DNA of 19,189 nt, taken from Gemmatimonadota bacterium (GTDB taxonomy: Bacteria > Gemmatimonadota > Gemmatimonadetes > Gemmatimonadales > GWC2-71-9). Under the pieces are notes generated by a model. It was given only the letters and a program-made list of their open reading frames with translations, was not told where the DNA came from and searched no databases. The position numbers and the translations under genes are program-made. The stretch spans positions 1-19,189 of the forward strand of contig JBDHKN010000097.1 in NCBI GenBank assembly GCA_039586365.1. Reading direction: 5' to 3'. Below are positions 9,450-17,476 of the stretch, in pieces (the stretch's first letter is position 1; each line of letters opens with the position of its first letter).

Positions 9450-10529
9450 ATGATCCGCGCCGTGTGTATCGCCGCGGCCGGAGCAATCGTGCTTGCCGCA
9501 CCCGGAAACGCGCAAGACGACAGTGCTTCTGCCGACCTCGTTAGCCCCCTGTTCACTGCGCACGAGTTGCTGCAACTCACCATCGAGGCACCGCTCAATA
9601 CGATCTTCAAGGAGCGAGGTCAGGAAAGCTCGTACCATGACGCGGTCATGAAGTTTGCCGCGTCCGACGGGACACCGGTGACATTGGGCATCGAGCTGAA
9701 GACCAGAGGCAAGTTCCGGTTGCAGCGAAGCACATGCAACTTCCCGCCGATAAGGGTCAACTTTGCTCGCAAGGAAGTGGAAAACACCGTCTTTGCTGGC
9801 CAGGACAAGCTCAAGCTGGTTACCCATTGTCAAAACGGACGCGACGATTACGAGCAGCACGTGCTGCTCGAGCATCTCATCTATCGCACCTACAACCTGC
9901 TCACTGATCTGAGCTTCCGGACCCGCTTGGCTCGCATTACCTACGTCGACACCGACGACGACAACGACTCGCTCACCAAGTACGCCTTCTTCATCGAGGA
10001 CGAGGATCTGCTGGCGGAGCAGCGGGGTTGGCAGTCGTTGGAACTAATGCAAGTTCCCCCTGTAGCGTACGACCAGAGACAGCTGAGCCTGGTCGATGTG
10101 TTCCAATTCATGGTTGGTAACACCGATTGGGATGCGTACAAGAAGGACGAAGAGCAACCGAGCTGCTGTCACAACGTGAAGGTGATCGGGGACCCTGCGG
10201 GCCCGGTGTTCCCCGTAGCTTATGACTTCGATTGGACCGGGCTAGTGAACTCACGGTACGCTAGGCCAGATGAATCCCTGGGCACACGTTCGGTGCGTCA
10301 GCGCGTATTCCGCGGTGTCTGCGGACTCCAGCAGAGTATCGATGCCGTGTTGCCGCTGTTCATTGAACAGCGAGAAGCCATCTACAGACTGTTTCAGGGC
10401 CAAGAGGGCTTGGATGAGAAGCACAAAGAAGAATCCATCGAATACCTGGATGAGTTCTACGAGATCATCAACGATTCCAGGAAAGTGGAGCGGGAGATGA
10501 TACGCGACTGCAGGCGGATCGGCGAGTAG
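9450..10529 (+). CDS. Secreted hypothetical protein, CotH/atypical kinase-like
   Basis: Strong RBS GGAGGAAG and signal peptide (APGNA-QD). Motif order KTRG..KLKL..E..Y..IEDED..GNTDW..HNVK..PVAYDFD resembles CotH-family kinases. The CDS is secure, the fold is inferred. Confidence 0.65.
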   Translation: MIRAVCIAAAGAIVLAAPGNAQDDSASADLVSPLFTAHELLQLTIEAPLNTIFKERGQESSYHDAVMKFAASDGTPVTLGIELKTRGKFRLQRSTCNFPPIRVNFARKEVENTVFAGQDKLKLVTHCQNGRDDYEQHVLLEHLIYRTYNLLTDLSFRTRLARITYVDTDDDNDSLTKYAFFIEDEDLLAEQRGWQSLELMQVPPVAYDQRQLSLVDVFQFMVGNTDWDAYKKDEEQPSCCHNVKVIGDPAGPVFPVAYDFDWTGLVNSRYARPDESLGTRSVRQRVFRGVCGLQQSIDAVLPLFIEQREAIYRLFQGQEGLDEKHKEESIEYLDEFYEIINDSRKVEREMIRDCRRIGE

Positions 10530-10534
10530 GGGTC

Positions 10535-10686
10535 GCGTTAGCAGGTGCTGGTGGGTCCCGTAGGGCGCACCAGGGCGGTGTGGTCTCGGCGCACTCGATG
10601 GCTGTGGATGGTTAGGGTTGCGAGTGAGCCATGTCGACCCGCACTATCCGCAGCCGGAGCGTCTACCAGTACCAGCCTGCTTAGCG
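10535..10686. repeat. Structured dispersed repeat, copy 1
   Basis: Core GGTCCCGTAGGGCGC..GGGCGGTGTGGTCTCGGCGCACTCGATGGCT..GGGTTGCGAGTG is shared with 10759-10898 and, in its 5' half, with 19123-19189. It is self-complementary. Confidence 0.85.
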
Positions 10687-10758
10687 GCACTGGCTGAGCG
10701 GGATTAGGAGTTCGCCAGCCGAGCCCCGTAGATGTAACCCTACAGCTCTATCGCGATA

Positions 10759-10898
10759 TGAGGGTGCCGTTGGTCCCGTAGGGCGCGCGCGGGGCGGCGT
10801 GGTCTCGGCGCACGCGATGGCTACGTCGGTCTGGTGGGGTTGCGAGTGCGCCGTGTCCACCCGCACCACAGCGCCCGGAGGGACTAATGGCACCCTCA
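10759..10898. repeat. Structured dispersed repeat, copy 2 (140-nt hairpin)
   Basis: The 19-nt termini TGAGGGTGCCGTTGGTCCC / GGGACTAATGGCACCCTCA pair fully when two G-U pairs are allowed. Nested stems include GGGCGC/GCGCCC and CGGCGCAC/GTGCGCCG. Confidence 0.88.
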
Positions 10899-11042
10899 GG
10901 GTTAGCGGCAGAATTGCAGGGACGAAGCGCTGGTGCGCTCGTGCAATATGGGCGCCCTGTGAGCATCCGCTACTTCAGCACTCACCGAGTGTTTTGCGCC
11001 AGATCGTGTGCGAACAGATCGCAAAGCCTCTGGAGCGTCACA

Positions 11043-12359
11043 ATGAATCGACGTCAGTTTGGTAACAGTATGCTCGGACTCACGGGATCCGTGCTGATCA
11101 CCCGAGGGCGTTACTCGGTGCCGCGACAGGAGCCGCTGCGGGCAGACGGCGCGCGTCTGCTGCGTCACCTGAGTGAGCTTGCCGAGTTCGGCAAGAATCC
11201 CCAGGGAGGAGTGAGCCGCGTCGCTTACAGTGCTGCGGACGTGGAGGCTCGTGAATACGTCCTCGAGTTGATGACTGACGCACAGCTGGACCCCACTATC
11301 GATACGGCTGGCAACATCATCGGTCGCCGCGCCGGCAGTGCATCAGGGTTGCCCCCACTCATGTTCGGGTCACACATCGATTCGGTACCCGAGGGCGGCA
11401 ACTACGACGGCCCGTTGGGATCGCTCGGTGCGATCGAGGTAGCACAGACCCTGGCCGAGCAGGGTAGGGCAACCCGCCACCCGCTCGAGGTAGTCGTATT
11501 CCAGAATGAAGAAGGTGGCAAGACAGGTAGCCGCGTCATGAGCGGTGAATTAGAGGAGCGTGACCTCGACCTGGTGACACACAGCGGCAAGACGATTGGC
11601 GAGGGAATTGCCTTCATTGGCGGGGACCCGAATCGACTGGATAGCGCCAGGCGTCAAGCCGGCGAGATCGCCGCGTTTCTCGAGTTGCATGTGGAGCAAG
11701 GTGCAGTATTGGAGCACGAAGCAATCGATATCGGAGTAGTCGAGGGAATAGTAGGGATAAAGCGCTGGAATGTGACTGTTGAGGGAGTCGCCAACCACGC
11801 CGGCACGACTCCCATGGACGTTCGTCACGACGCTCTACTGGCAGCCGCGCGGTTTATCGATGCCGTCAACCGAGTGGTTCGCAGCATCCCCGGCCGACAA
11901 GTCGGCACGGTCGGCAAGATCGCGGCCTCGCCCGGGGCGCCCAACGTCGTCCCGGGTCGCGTCACTGCGAGTCTGGAGATTCGGGACCTCTCCATGGACA
12001 AGATAGAGCAGGTGTACCAGCTGATCCGAGCCGAAGCAGACCGCATCGGCCGCGCTACTGGCACCGCCATCGGGATCGAGGGGTTCTACGTCTCGGGCTC
12101 TGCGCCGACTGACGCGAGGCTACAGGGGTTGGTGGAACAGTCAGCTAGTGAGTTGGGACTCGCCGCACTACGGATGCCGAGTGGTGCCGGCCACGACGCC
12201 CAGAGCATAGCGAAGTTCGCTCCGGCCGGCATGATCTTCGTTCCAAGCGTTGGCGGTATCAGTCACTCACCACAGGAGTTTACTCGGCCCGAGGACGTGG
12301 TGCACGGGGTCAACGTGCTGCTGCACACGCTGCTCAAGACAGACCTCATCGCTTGGTGA
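11043..12359 (+). CDS. M20-family Zn-dependent amidohydrolase (allantoate amidohydrolase / N-carbamoyl-L-amino-acid hydrolase type) with twin-arginine-like leader
   Basis: Motifs GSHIDSV, GNYDG, NEEG, ELHVEQG, NHAGTTPM, SGAGHDA and GGISHSPQE. Start re-assigned to ATG 11043 (RBS GGAG, MNRRQF). Confidence 0.92.
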   Translation: MNRRQFGNSMLGLTGSVLITRGRYSVPRQEPLRADGARLLRHLSELAEFGKNPQGGVSRVAYSAADVEAREYVLELMTDAQLDPTIDTAGNIIGRRAGSASGLPPLMFGSHIDSVPEGGNYDGPLGSLGAIEVAQTLAEQGRATRHPLEVVVFQNEEGGKTGSRVMSGELEERDLDLVTHSGKTIGEGIAFIGGDPNRLDSARRQAGEIAAFLELHVEQGAVLEHEAIDIGVVEGIVGIKRWNVTVEGVANHAGTTPMDVRHDALLAAARFIDAVNRVVRSIPGRQVGTVGKIAASPGAPNVVPGRVTASLEIRDLSMDKIEQVYQLIRAEADRIGRATGTAIGIEGFYVSGSAPTDARLQGLVEQSASELGLAALRMPSGAGHDAQSIAKFAPAGMIFVPSVGGISHSPQEFTRPEDVVHGVNVLLHTLLKTDLIAW

Positions 12360-12738
12360 CTACCTCGATTACTCCACCCCCCACGTTGATACCATACCGG
12401 GTAGTGGCATCTGGACCGTCCAGGAAGCGAATCTCGGTCACCTCGTCGAGCCTAAGGCTGGAGAGTGCATCAACGCCTCCGCGCCTCATACCGTCTACGT
12501 ACACGACGACCGGTACATGGCCCAGGGCGGTTTCCGTCCCCCTGGGACGCAACCAGTTGGGACGTAGCCGCTGCACTGCGTCGAACAGGTTCCGTTCCGG
12601 GGCGGCGGCGAGTTCCTCGGCTGTAATCAGGTACCGGCCGCCGGATCTGCCCTGCGAAGCGGACTGAGTACTGGTGGCGCAGGACGTCGTGACAAACACG
12701 GCAGGGAGAAGCAGGACACCCAGACGACCGATAGGCAT
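12346..12738 (-). CDS. Small lipoprotein resembling a stand-alone TonB-dependent receptor plug domain
   Basis: MPIGRLGVLLLPAVFVTTSC leader with Cys. ITAEEL..NLFDAVQRLRP..VVYVDG..EVTEIRFL..ATTRYG..GGVIEVVTK matches the plug-domain pattern. It overlaps the convergent hydrolase 3' end by 14 bp. Confidence 0.75.
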   Translation of the reverse strand: MPIGRLGVLLLPAVFVTTSCATSTQSASQGRSGGRYLITAEELAAAPERNLFDAVQRLRPNWLRPRGTETALGHVPVVVYVDGMRRGGVDALSSLRLDEVTEIRFLDGPDATTRYGINVGGGVIEVVTKR

Positions 12739-12840
12739 GACAGGCTCGCTGTTGGATACAGGGGGAATGATACTCGACGAACGCACGGAAGTAAGGGCGG
12801 GATTGACAGCTGACAGCCGCTGGCTGCCGGCTGACAACCC

Positions 12841-13911
12841 CTAACGCACCACCAAAAGAGCTACCTGTCCCCCGAAATCGTCGGGCTGCGTAGGTACGCC
12901 TTCGGGAACCGTCCAGGTCGCTCCGTCAACAACCAGGGAATACCTGTGGATACCAGGTGGTAGTGCTAGTTCCACCGACCAGCTATCACGACCGCGGCGC
13001 TCGAGCGGGAGGGGAACCCAGCCGTTCCAGTCTCCCGCGATTTCCAAGCGCTGAGCGGTACCGGGAAAGCTGAGCGTGATGCGAACGCGCCCGGATTCGA
13101 GGAGTTCGACCATGACTGGAGGCCTGGCACGATCCAGGCGTCGAGTAGGACGCGAAATTCCCAGACGGACACCTACGGTAGCGAACAGGCCGTCGGTGAA
13201 TCCGGCCAGGTCGGTTGGGTAGCGGCCGGCCGCAGCCTCTATCGTAGTACGGGGGGTGACATAGAACTCGATCTGAGCCTGACCCCAAGGATCATCAGAG
13301 AGGTCGCCGGTTCGGAGCCCGCCGAAGGCACTCAATCTCGTCCGCGCTCCGGAATGGGCGACCTCGAGCGTTACCTCAGCGTACTTCAGCGTGTCCGCCG
13401 CAATCCCAACCACACCGCCGGAAAGCGCAAAGCCACCCGGGAAATCTTGCCTTAACCTCGCGGTCACCGTGGTGATGCTGAATGAAGAATCTGCAATGCT
13501 CCGCACATTTCCCACGGACGCCCCGAGAGTAGCGAATAACGTCCCACTCGCGATGGCAACGAGCGGGCCCGCGGAGGCCTCGCTACTCCAGAGGCCACCT
13601 TCCGTGTAGTTGACGTCTCCACCCGCTCCCATTCCCAGGCTGACAGCTCGGCCCAAACCCAAGACGGCGGTGCCGTACGACGAGGCTTGGGTCACCCACT
13701 CTCCACTGACGAATTTCGAGAAGCCGGCGTCGATCACGCCCGCGACGTTGGGGGAGGATCCACTGAGTCTGAGAGACAAGAGGCCAGCGGTGCCTGAGAC
13801 AGAATCGGCATACCTAGCCTGGACACCACCCACCAGGACAGACACCTCCTGAGCGATGGCGGGTCCGGCAGTCACCGCGAGAGTTGCACCGAGCAGGACG
13901 GCGCGCCTCAC
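12841..13911 (-). CDS. Exported beta-strand-rich (probable outer-membrane barrel) protein with C-terminal CBM48/AMPK-type glycogen-binding domain
   Basis: Signal peptide (AIA-QE) and amphipathic beta-strands. C-terminal LEIAGDWNGW..WSVELALPPGIHRYSLVVDGATW..DDFGG is an E-set glycogen-binding motif. GTGA overlap with the upstream gene. Confidence 0.8.
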   Translation of the reverse strand: MRRAVLLGATLAVTAGPAIAQEVSVLVGGVQARYADSVSGTAGLLSLRLSGSSPNVAGVIDAGFSKFVSGEWVTQASSYGTAVLGLGRAVSLGMGAGGDVNYTEGGLWSSEASAGPLVAIASGTLFATLGASVGNVRSIADSSFSITTVTARLRQDFPGGFALSGGVVGIAADTLKYAEVTLEVAHSGARTRLSAFGGLRTGDLSDDPWGQAQIEFYVTPRTTIEAAAGRYPTDLAGFTDGLFATVGVRLGISRPTRRLDRARPPVMVELLESGRVRITLSFPGTAQRLEIAGDWNGWVPLPLERRGRDSWSVELALPPGIHRYSLVVDGATWTVPEGVPTQPDDFGGQVALLVVR

Positions 13912-14645
13912 GGTTTGTTAGTCTGGCCTTTTTTCTTACCTGCGCCCTGGCCTGGCTGAGACCCGGGTACTCCGTGCGGCCGGCCGGCCTGACCTCCCAT
14001 CCCACCCTGTCCTAGCATCGGTAGACCGCCGCCCTCGAGGATACGCCTTGCCACATCCGACATCGACTCGCCGCCGGCCCGGAGACCGGTGACCGCTGAC
14101 GGAAACTCCAGCACCTCGTCCGGCGTACGTCCGCCCCTAAAGGCGTCGCGCACTGCCTTGACGGCAGCTGCGCGATCCAGACCCTGCGCCGCCAACGCAG
14201 CTGCCACGGTGAGTCCTGTGGCCGCAGCGTCCGGTGCAGGTGAAACACTAATGATCTCTCGTACGTCGTCACGCCCTATGCCGCGCCCCAAAGCGCCCGC
14301 GGCGGCGGCTACCACGGCTCCTGGCGGAGGATCAAACCCTGCGCCTAGTACGACTTCCCGTCCCACCCTGAGACCAGCCTGCGTCTGATTCAGTACTGCG
14401 ATGACCCGATCTAATGGCACGCGGCCACGCTTGGCCCAGCCCTCGAGTGCCTTGGACACCAGCGGCTCCGTGGGGAGCGCTTCGGCCTCTGAAGCAGCCA
14501 CGATTGCAGCCACTTGTTCGGCGAATTGTGCAGGGGCGCCGCGTGCGATCAGTTGCTCGCGAATCGACACCTGCTGTGCGCGCATCGGGTGAGCGGTGGA
14601 CGCCGCAACTAATGCAGCGATGAGTAATCCTGTAACCGGTTTCAT
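13908..14645 (-). CDS. Secreted Ala-rich alpha-helical hypothetical protein with Gly/Lys-rich tail
   Basis: Signal peptide MKPVTGLLIAALVAASTAHPMRA, RBS GAGGAG, and 4-bp overlaps with both neighbours. Confidence 0.78.
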   Translation of the reverse strand: MKPVTGLLIAALVAASTAHPMRAQQVSIREQLIARGAPAQFAEQVAAIVAASEAEALPTEPLVSKALEGWAKRGRVPLDRVIAVLNQTQAGLRVGREVVLGAGFDPPPGAVVAAAAGALGRGIGRDDVREIISVSPAPDAAATGLTVAAALAAQGLDRAAAVKAVRDAFRGGRTPDEVLEFPSAVTGLRAGGESMSDVARRILEGGGLPMLGQGGMGGQAGRPHGVPGSQPGQGAGKKKGQTNKP

Positions 14646-15286
14646 GAGCGCACTACTCCTCGTGGTCCCACCACGATCACGCTGTTGGCTGCACCGAATC
14701 CGTCGTCAACCTGCGCATGTGCGCTGGGATCGGGAATCCACCGGGTGCCGTCGATCACGAAGAGATATTCATGTTCACCAGGTGACAGCGGTACGGTTCC
14801 CGTCCACAATCCCGTGTCGAGGCTCCTGACCAGTTCGATTCCCTCGGGGCTCCAGTCGTTGAAGGAGCCTGCCAGAGTCACTTGTTCGGCATCAGGGGCT
14901 CGCAGCTCGAACCTCACGAGTATGGTCTCCGCCTGTGCGGCCGGACCTACAGAGGCAGGTCTCTGCCTCAATGAAACACCCAACGCCCCAACCACCAGCA
15001 GTGCTACCGCCGCCGCCGCGGCCAGAGCCGGTCTCACACTGACGACCCGAGGCTGCAGCAGCCACTGCCACAACGATCCGCGTGGCGTTGGAGCCGACCT
15101 CGCCCGCACTGCCCGCATCACGGCACTGTCCAATTCGGACCCCGGTCGTTCTAGCCGCGCAGCATACGTCTCTATCGCCGCGAGCAGGCTGTCGGCTTGT
15201 GCCCGCTCTCCGGCATCCAGGCGCCCCACCTGTTCGCCGTCCAGGTAGCGCTGGACATCATGGCTGAGACGATCGCTATCGCTCAC
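14642..15286 (-). CDS. Putative membrane anti-sigma factor with extracytoplasmic CBM48/AMPK-type glycogen-binding domain
   Basis: Directly downstream of and coupled (GTGA) to the ECF sigma. N-terminal QRYLDGE helix typical of anti-sigma domains, one TM helix (ALAAAAAVALLVVGALGVSL), then VRFEL..VTLAGSFNDW..WTGTVPLSPGEHEYLFVIDGTRWIPDP. Confidence 0.82.
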   Translation of the reverse strand: MSDSDRLSHDVQRYLDGEQVGRLDAGERAQADSLLAAIETYAARLERPGSELDSAVMRAVRARSAPTPRGSLWQWLLQPRVVSVRPALAAAAAVALLVVGALGVSLRQRPASVGPAAQAETILVRFELRAPDAEQVTLAGSFNDWSPEGIELVRSLDTGLWTGTVPLSPGEHEYLFVIDGTRWIPDPSAHAQVDDGFGAANSVIVVGPRGVVRS

Positions 15287-15810
15287 AACAATCCCTTCAG
15301 GTGTTTCTTGAGTTCCTCACGGGCGCGGTGCACCCGCATCTTCAGTGCATCCTCTCCTACTCCCATCAGTTCCGCCATCTCGGCATAGGAACGCCCGTCG
15401 ACATGCTTCATTACGAACGCTTCTCGCTGTTCGGCGCTGAGCTTGTCCAACGCATCCCCAACCGCTGCTCCGATCTCCTTACGCTCCAGATCCTGGTCTG
15501 CCGGGTTGTGCGCCGGGTCCTCTACCCGGTCCAGGGACAGATAGTCGCGTCTCCGCTTGCGAACGTTGTGGCACTGATTGGAGACAATTCGAAACAGCCA
15601 CGCCTTAAACTTGTCAGGGTCCTTGCAGGAAGCCAAGCTGTCGAAAGCTCTGATGAAGGCCTCCTGCAGAGCGTCCGCTGCGTCATCAGAGTCCCCACTC
15701 AACATTGCGGCAGCGTAGCGACCGAATTCCCTCCGGTACCGCTCCACCAAGATCCGATACAGGTCTGCCTCGCCTGCCAGGATCCGGCGCACCAACTTCC
15801 CGTCGCTCAA
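15283..15810 (-). CDS. ECF-subfamily RNA polymerase sigma-70 factor
   Basis: Region 2: DAADALQEAFIRAF..FKAWLFRIVSNQC. Region 4: ALDKLSAEQREAFVMKHVDGRSYAEMAELMG..KMRVHRAR. Start probably TTG 15810 (MSDGKLVRRILAGE), because the putative promoter overlaps the upstream ATG-15864 region. Confidence 0.93.
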   Translation of the reverse strand: MSDGKLVRRILAGEADLYRILVERYRREFGRYAAAMLSGDSDDAADALQEAFIRAFDSLASCKDPDKFKAWLFRIVSNQCHNVRKRRRDYLSLDRVEDPAHNPADQDLERKEIGAAVGDALDKLSAEQREAFVMKHVDGRSYAEMAELMGVGEDALKMRVHRAREELKKHLKGLL

Positions 15811-15829
15811 CTTCGCGCTCTCAATCAAC

Positions 15830-15857
15830 AGACCACCTTGGGACCCAAAAGGTAACG
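15830..15857 (-). promoter_or_regulatory. Putative ECF promoter (autoregulatory) CGTTACC-N17-GTCT
   Basis: Minus strand reads CGTTACC TTTTGGGTCCCAAGGTG GTCT, just upstream of the sigma gene. Confidence 0.75.
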
Positions 15858-15938
15858 CGGCCATCGTCAATACCCCTGTGGCTACCAAGGTAAAATCGTC
15901 GGCCGCAGGGTCCAAGTGGATCAGTGTGATGCAAGTCA

Positions 15939-15966
15939 CGTTACCTCTGGCGAGATGTCGTTGTCT
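15939..15966 (+). promoter_or_regulatory. Putative ECF promoter CGTTACC-N17-GTCT
   Basis: CGTTACC TCTGGCGAGATGTCGTT GTCT, ending 73 bp upstream of ATG 16040. Confidence 0.72.
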
Positions 15967-16039
15967 TATAGCTGGCAGGGGTGGTCGACCGTCGGTTGGT
16001 GGACCCTGACTATTCGAGAACGGTCACAAGGAGAGCACG

Positions 16040-16462
16040 ATGCGAGGACTGAGCATAGCGGGAACCCTGTTGGTGCTGGCGCTGCCGGTGGGCGCTGGCG
16101 CTCAGAACGCTCAACAGCAGCAACAACAGCTGCAACAGCAGCAGCAAGCCCGCCTGCAACAGATGCAGCAGCTCCAGAATATGCAGCAGCACATGGAGCG
16201 AGTGATGACGCAGGTGCAGCAGATGAACCAGCACATGACGCAGCAGCGCGTGCGCCAGGAGTACCGCCAAATGGGTCAGCAAATGGAGCAAGCCGGTCAG
16301 CAGCTGCAACAGATGCTGCGTCACATGAAGCAGGTTCAGAATGACCCCGAAGTTGCCGGTCAGCGCTCTGGACAGATAGAACGGCTGCAGCAGCGCTTCC
16401 GCAACATGGTCCAGGAAATGGAACAGGCCCAGCAGGCGTTGCAGGAGCTGGCAATACCATGA
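16040..16462 (+). CDS. Secreted Gln/Met-rich coiled-coil protein
   Basis: RBS AGGAGA and signal peptide (AGA-QN). Mature region dominated by Q/M/E heptads. ATGA overlap with the next gene. Confidence 0.8.
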   Translation: MRGLSIAGTLLVLALPVGAGAQNAQQQQQQLQQQQQARLQQMQQLQNMQQHMERVMTQVQQMNQHMTQQRVRQEYRQMGQQMEQAGQQLQQMLRHMKQVQNDPEVAGQRSGQIERLQQRFRNMVQEMEQAQQALQELAIP

Positions 16463-17361
16463 CCTTCAAACGCTGGGTGACAGTGGTCTTCGTCGTTGCA
16501 GCGCCATGGGTGTCGCTCGAAGGGCAGTCGCTCCATTACGAAGGAGCTGTTTCGGTAGCGAGCGGCAATTACATCTTCACTCAGCGGACCACTAGTTGGA
16601 CGCTATCTAACGGCCTCGCGCTGAGCGCGGGGCCGTTTACGCTGCGCGGCAGCCTCCCGGTATACCGGCAGAACACCAGTCTCATTGCCGGACTGAGCAC
16701 TGGATTGCTGCCAACCGGCGGATCGTCCGGCCGCACAGTGGCAGACTCTGCAGCAGCCCGTGGGGGGAGAAGTGGTGGTGGCCATCCCTCGTTGCAGGTC
16801 ACAGCGTCCTCTGGCTATGTACAGGAGGTCGCCAACCTGGCTGACGACCCTGTCGAGGTGCCGACAACTGCTGTGACCGGGTACAGGATGGTTGTGGGTG
16901 ATCCGTCCCTGGGCCTGGGAATAGTCGCCTTGGAACAGGGTGGTACCTCAGTCAACCTGGCAGCCGGGGTCAAGATTCCGGTGACGGACACGTCGGGGTA
17001 CGGCACCGGAGAGTGGGATGTTGGCGGATCCCTGTCGCTATCTCATATCCTGGGTCGCTCAACGCTGATTGGGTTCGACATTGCCTACTGGCATTTGGGA
17101 GACCTGCCCGAACTCGACCTGCGGGACGCGCTAATGGGATCGGCGAACATCGCCTATTTGGGGCGCAGTGGCTGGGGTGGTTCCGCCCTGGTGTCCGCCG
17201 CCAGATCGGTGGTTGAAGGCTTCGCAGACGGATACACTGCGGGTGTGGCTGTCAGCCGGGTCGGACGCCGGGCCACCATGAGCGTCAACGTCTCACTCGG
17301 GTTCACCGAAACAACACCCGACTTCTCGGTAGGCCTGTCTTGGCGGATTGGAATAAGCTGA
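16459..17361 (+). CDS. Probable outer-membrane beta-barrel (transporter/porin-like) protein
   Basis: Signal peptide, GDPSLGLG..GVKIPVTD..YGTGEWDVG motif, alternating beta-strands and C-terminal VGLSWRI. Confidence 0.7.
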   Translation: MTFKRWVTVVFVVAAPWVSLEGQSLHYEGAVSVASGNYIFTQRTTSWTLSNGLALSAGPFTLRGSLPVYRQNTSLIAGLSTGLLPTGGSSGRTVADSAAARGGRSGGGHPSLQVTASSGYVQEVANLADDPVEVPTTAVTGYRMVVGDPSLGLGIVALEQGGTSVNLAAGVKIPVTDTSGYGTGEWDVGGSLSLSHILGRSTLIGFDIAYWHLGDLPELDLRDALMGSANIAYLGRSGWGGSALVSAARSVVEGFADGYTAGVAVSRVGRRATMSVNVSLGFTETTPDFSVGLSWRIGIS

Positions 17362-17392
17362 CAGCGTTCAGACAACAGCTGTCAGCTGATAG

Positions 17393-17420
17393 CGTTACCT
17401 TTTGGGTGCATCCGCGGTCT
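17393..17420 (+). promoter_or_regulatory. Putative ECF promoter CGTTACC-N17-GTCT
   Basis: CGTTACC TTTTGGGTGCATCCGCG GTCT. Including the flanking G, the 16-mer GCGTTACCTTTTGGGT is identical to the minus-strand copy upstream of the sigma gene. It ends 56 bp before ATG 17477. Confidence 0.75.
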
Positions 17421-17476
17421 GTAAATTGCTAACGATCTTAAACGATCAAACTCAAACCGCAATTGGGATGTGAACC

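Noticed and set aside
10887..11042. N-terminal extension of the amidohydrolase ORF
   Set aside because: It starts within the repeat hairpin, and ATG 11043 has an RBS and an RR leader.
13369..13396. Near-match CGTTACC-N17-GTCC on the plus strand inside the barrel-CBM48 gene
   Set aside because: The -10 element mismatches, and the site is intragenic and antisense. It could be chance and cannot be supported without TSS data.
15811..15939. N-terminal extension of the ECF sigma (ORF-track start 15939 or ATG 15864)
   Set aside because: It overlaps the putative autoregulatory promoter, and ECF-like sequence begins at SDGKLVRR.
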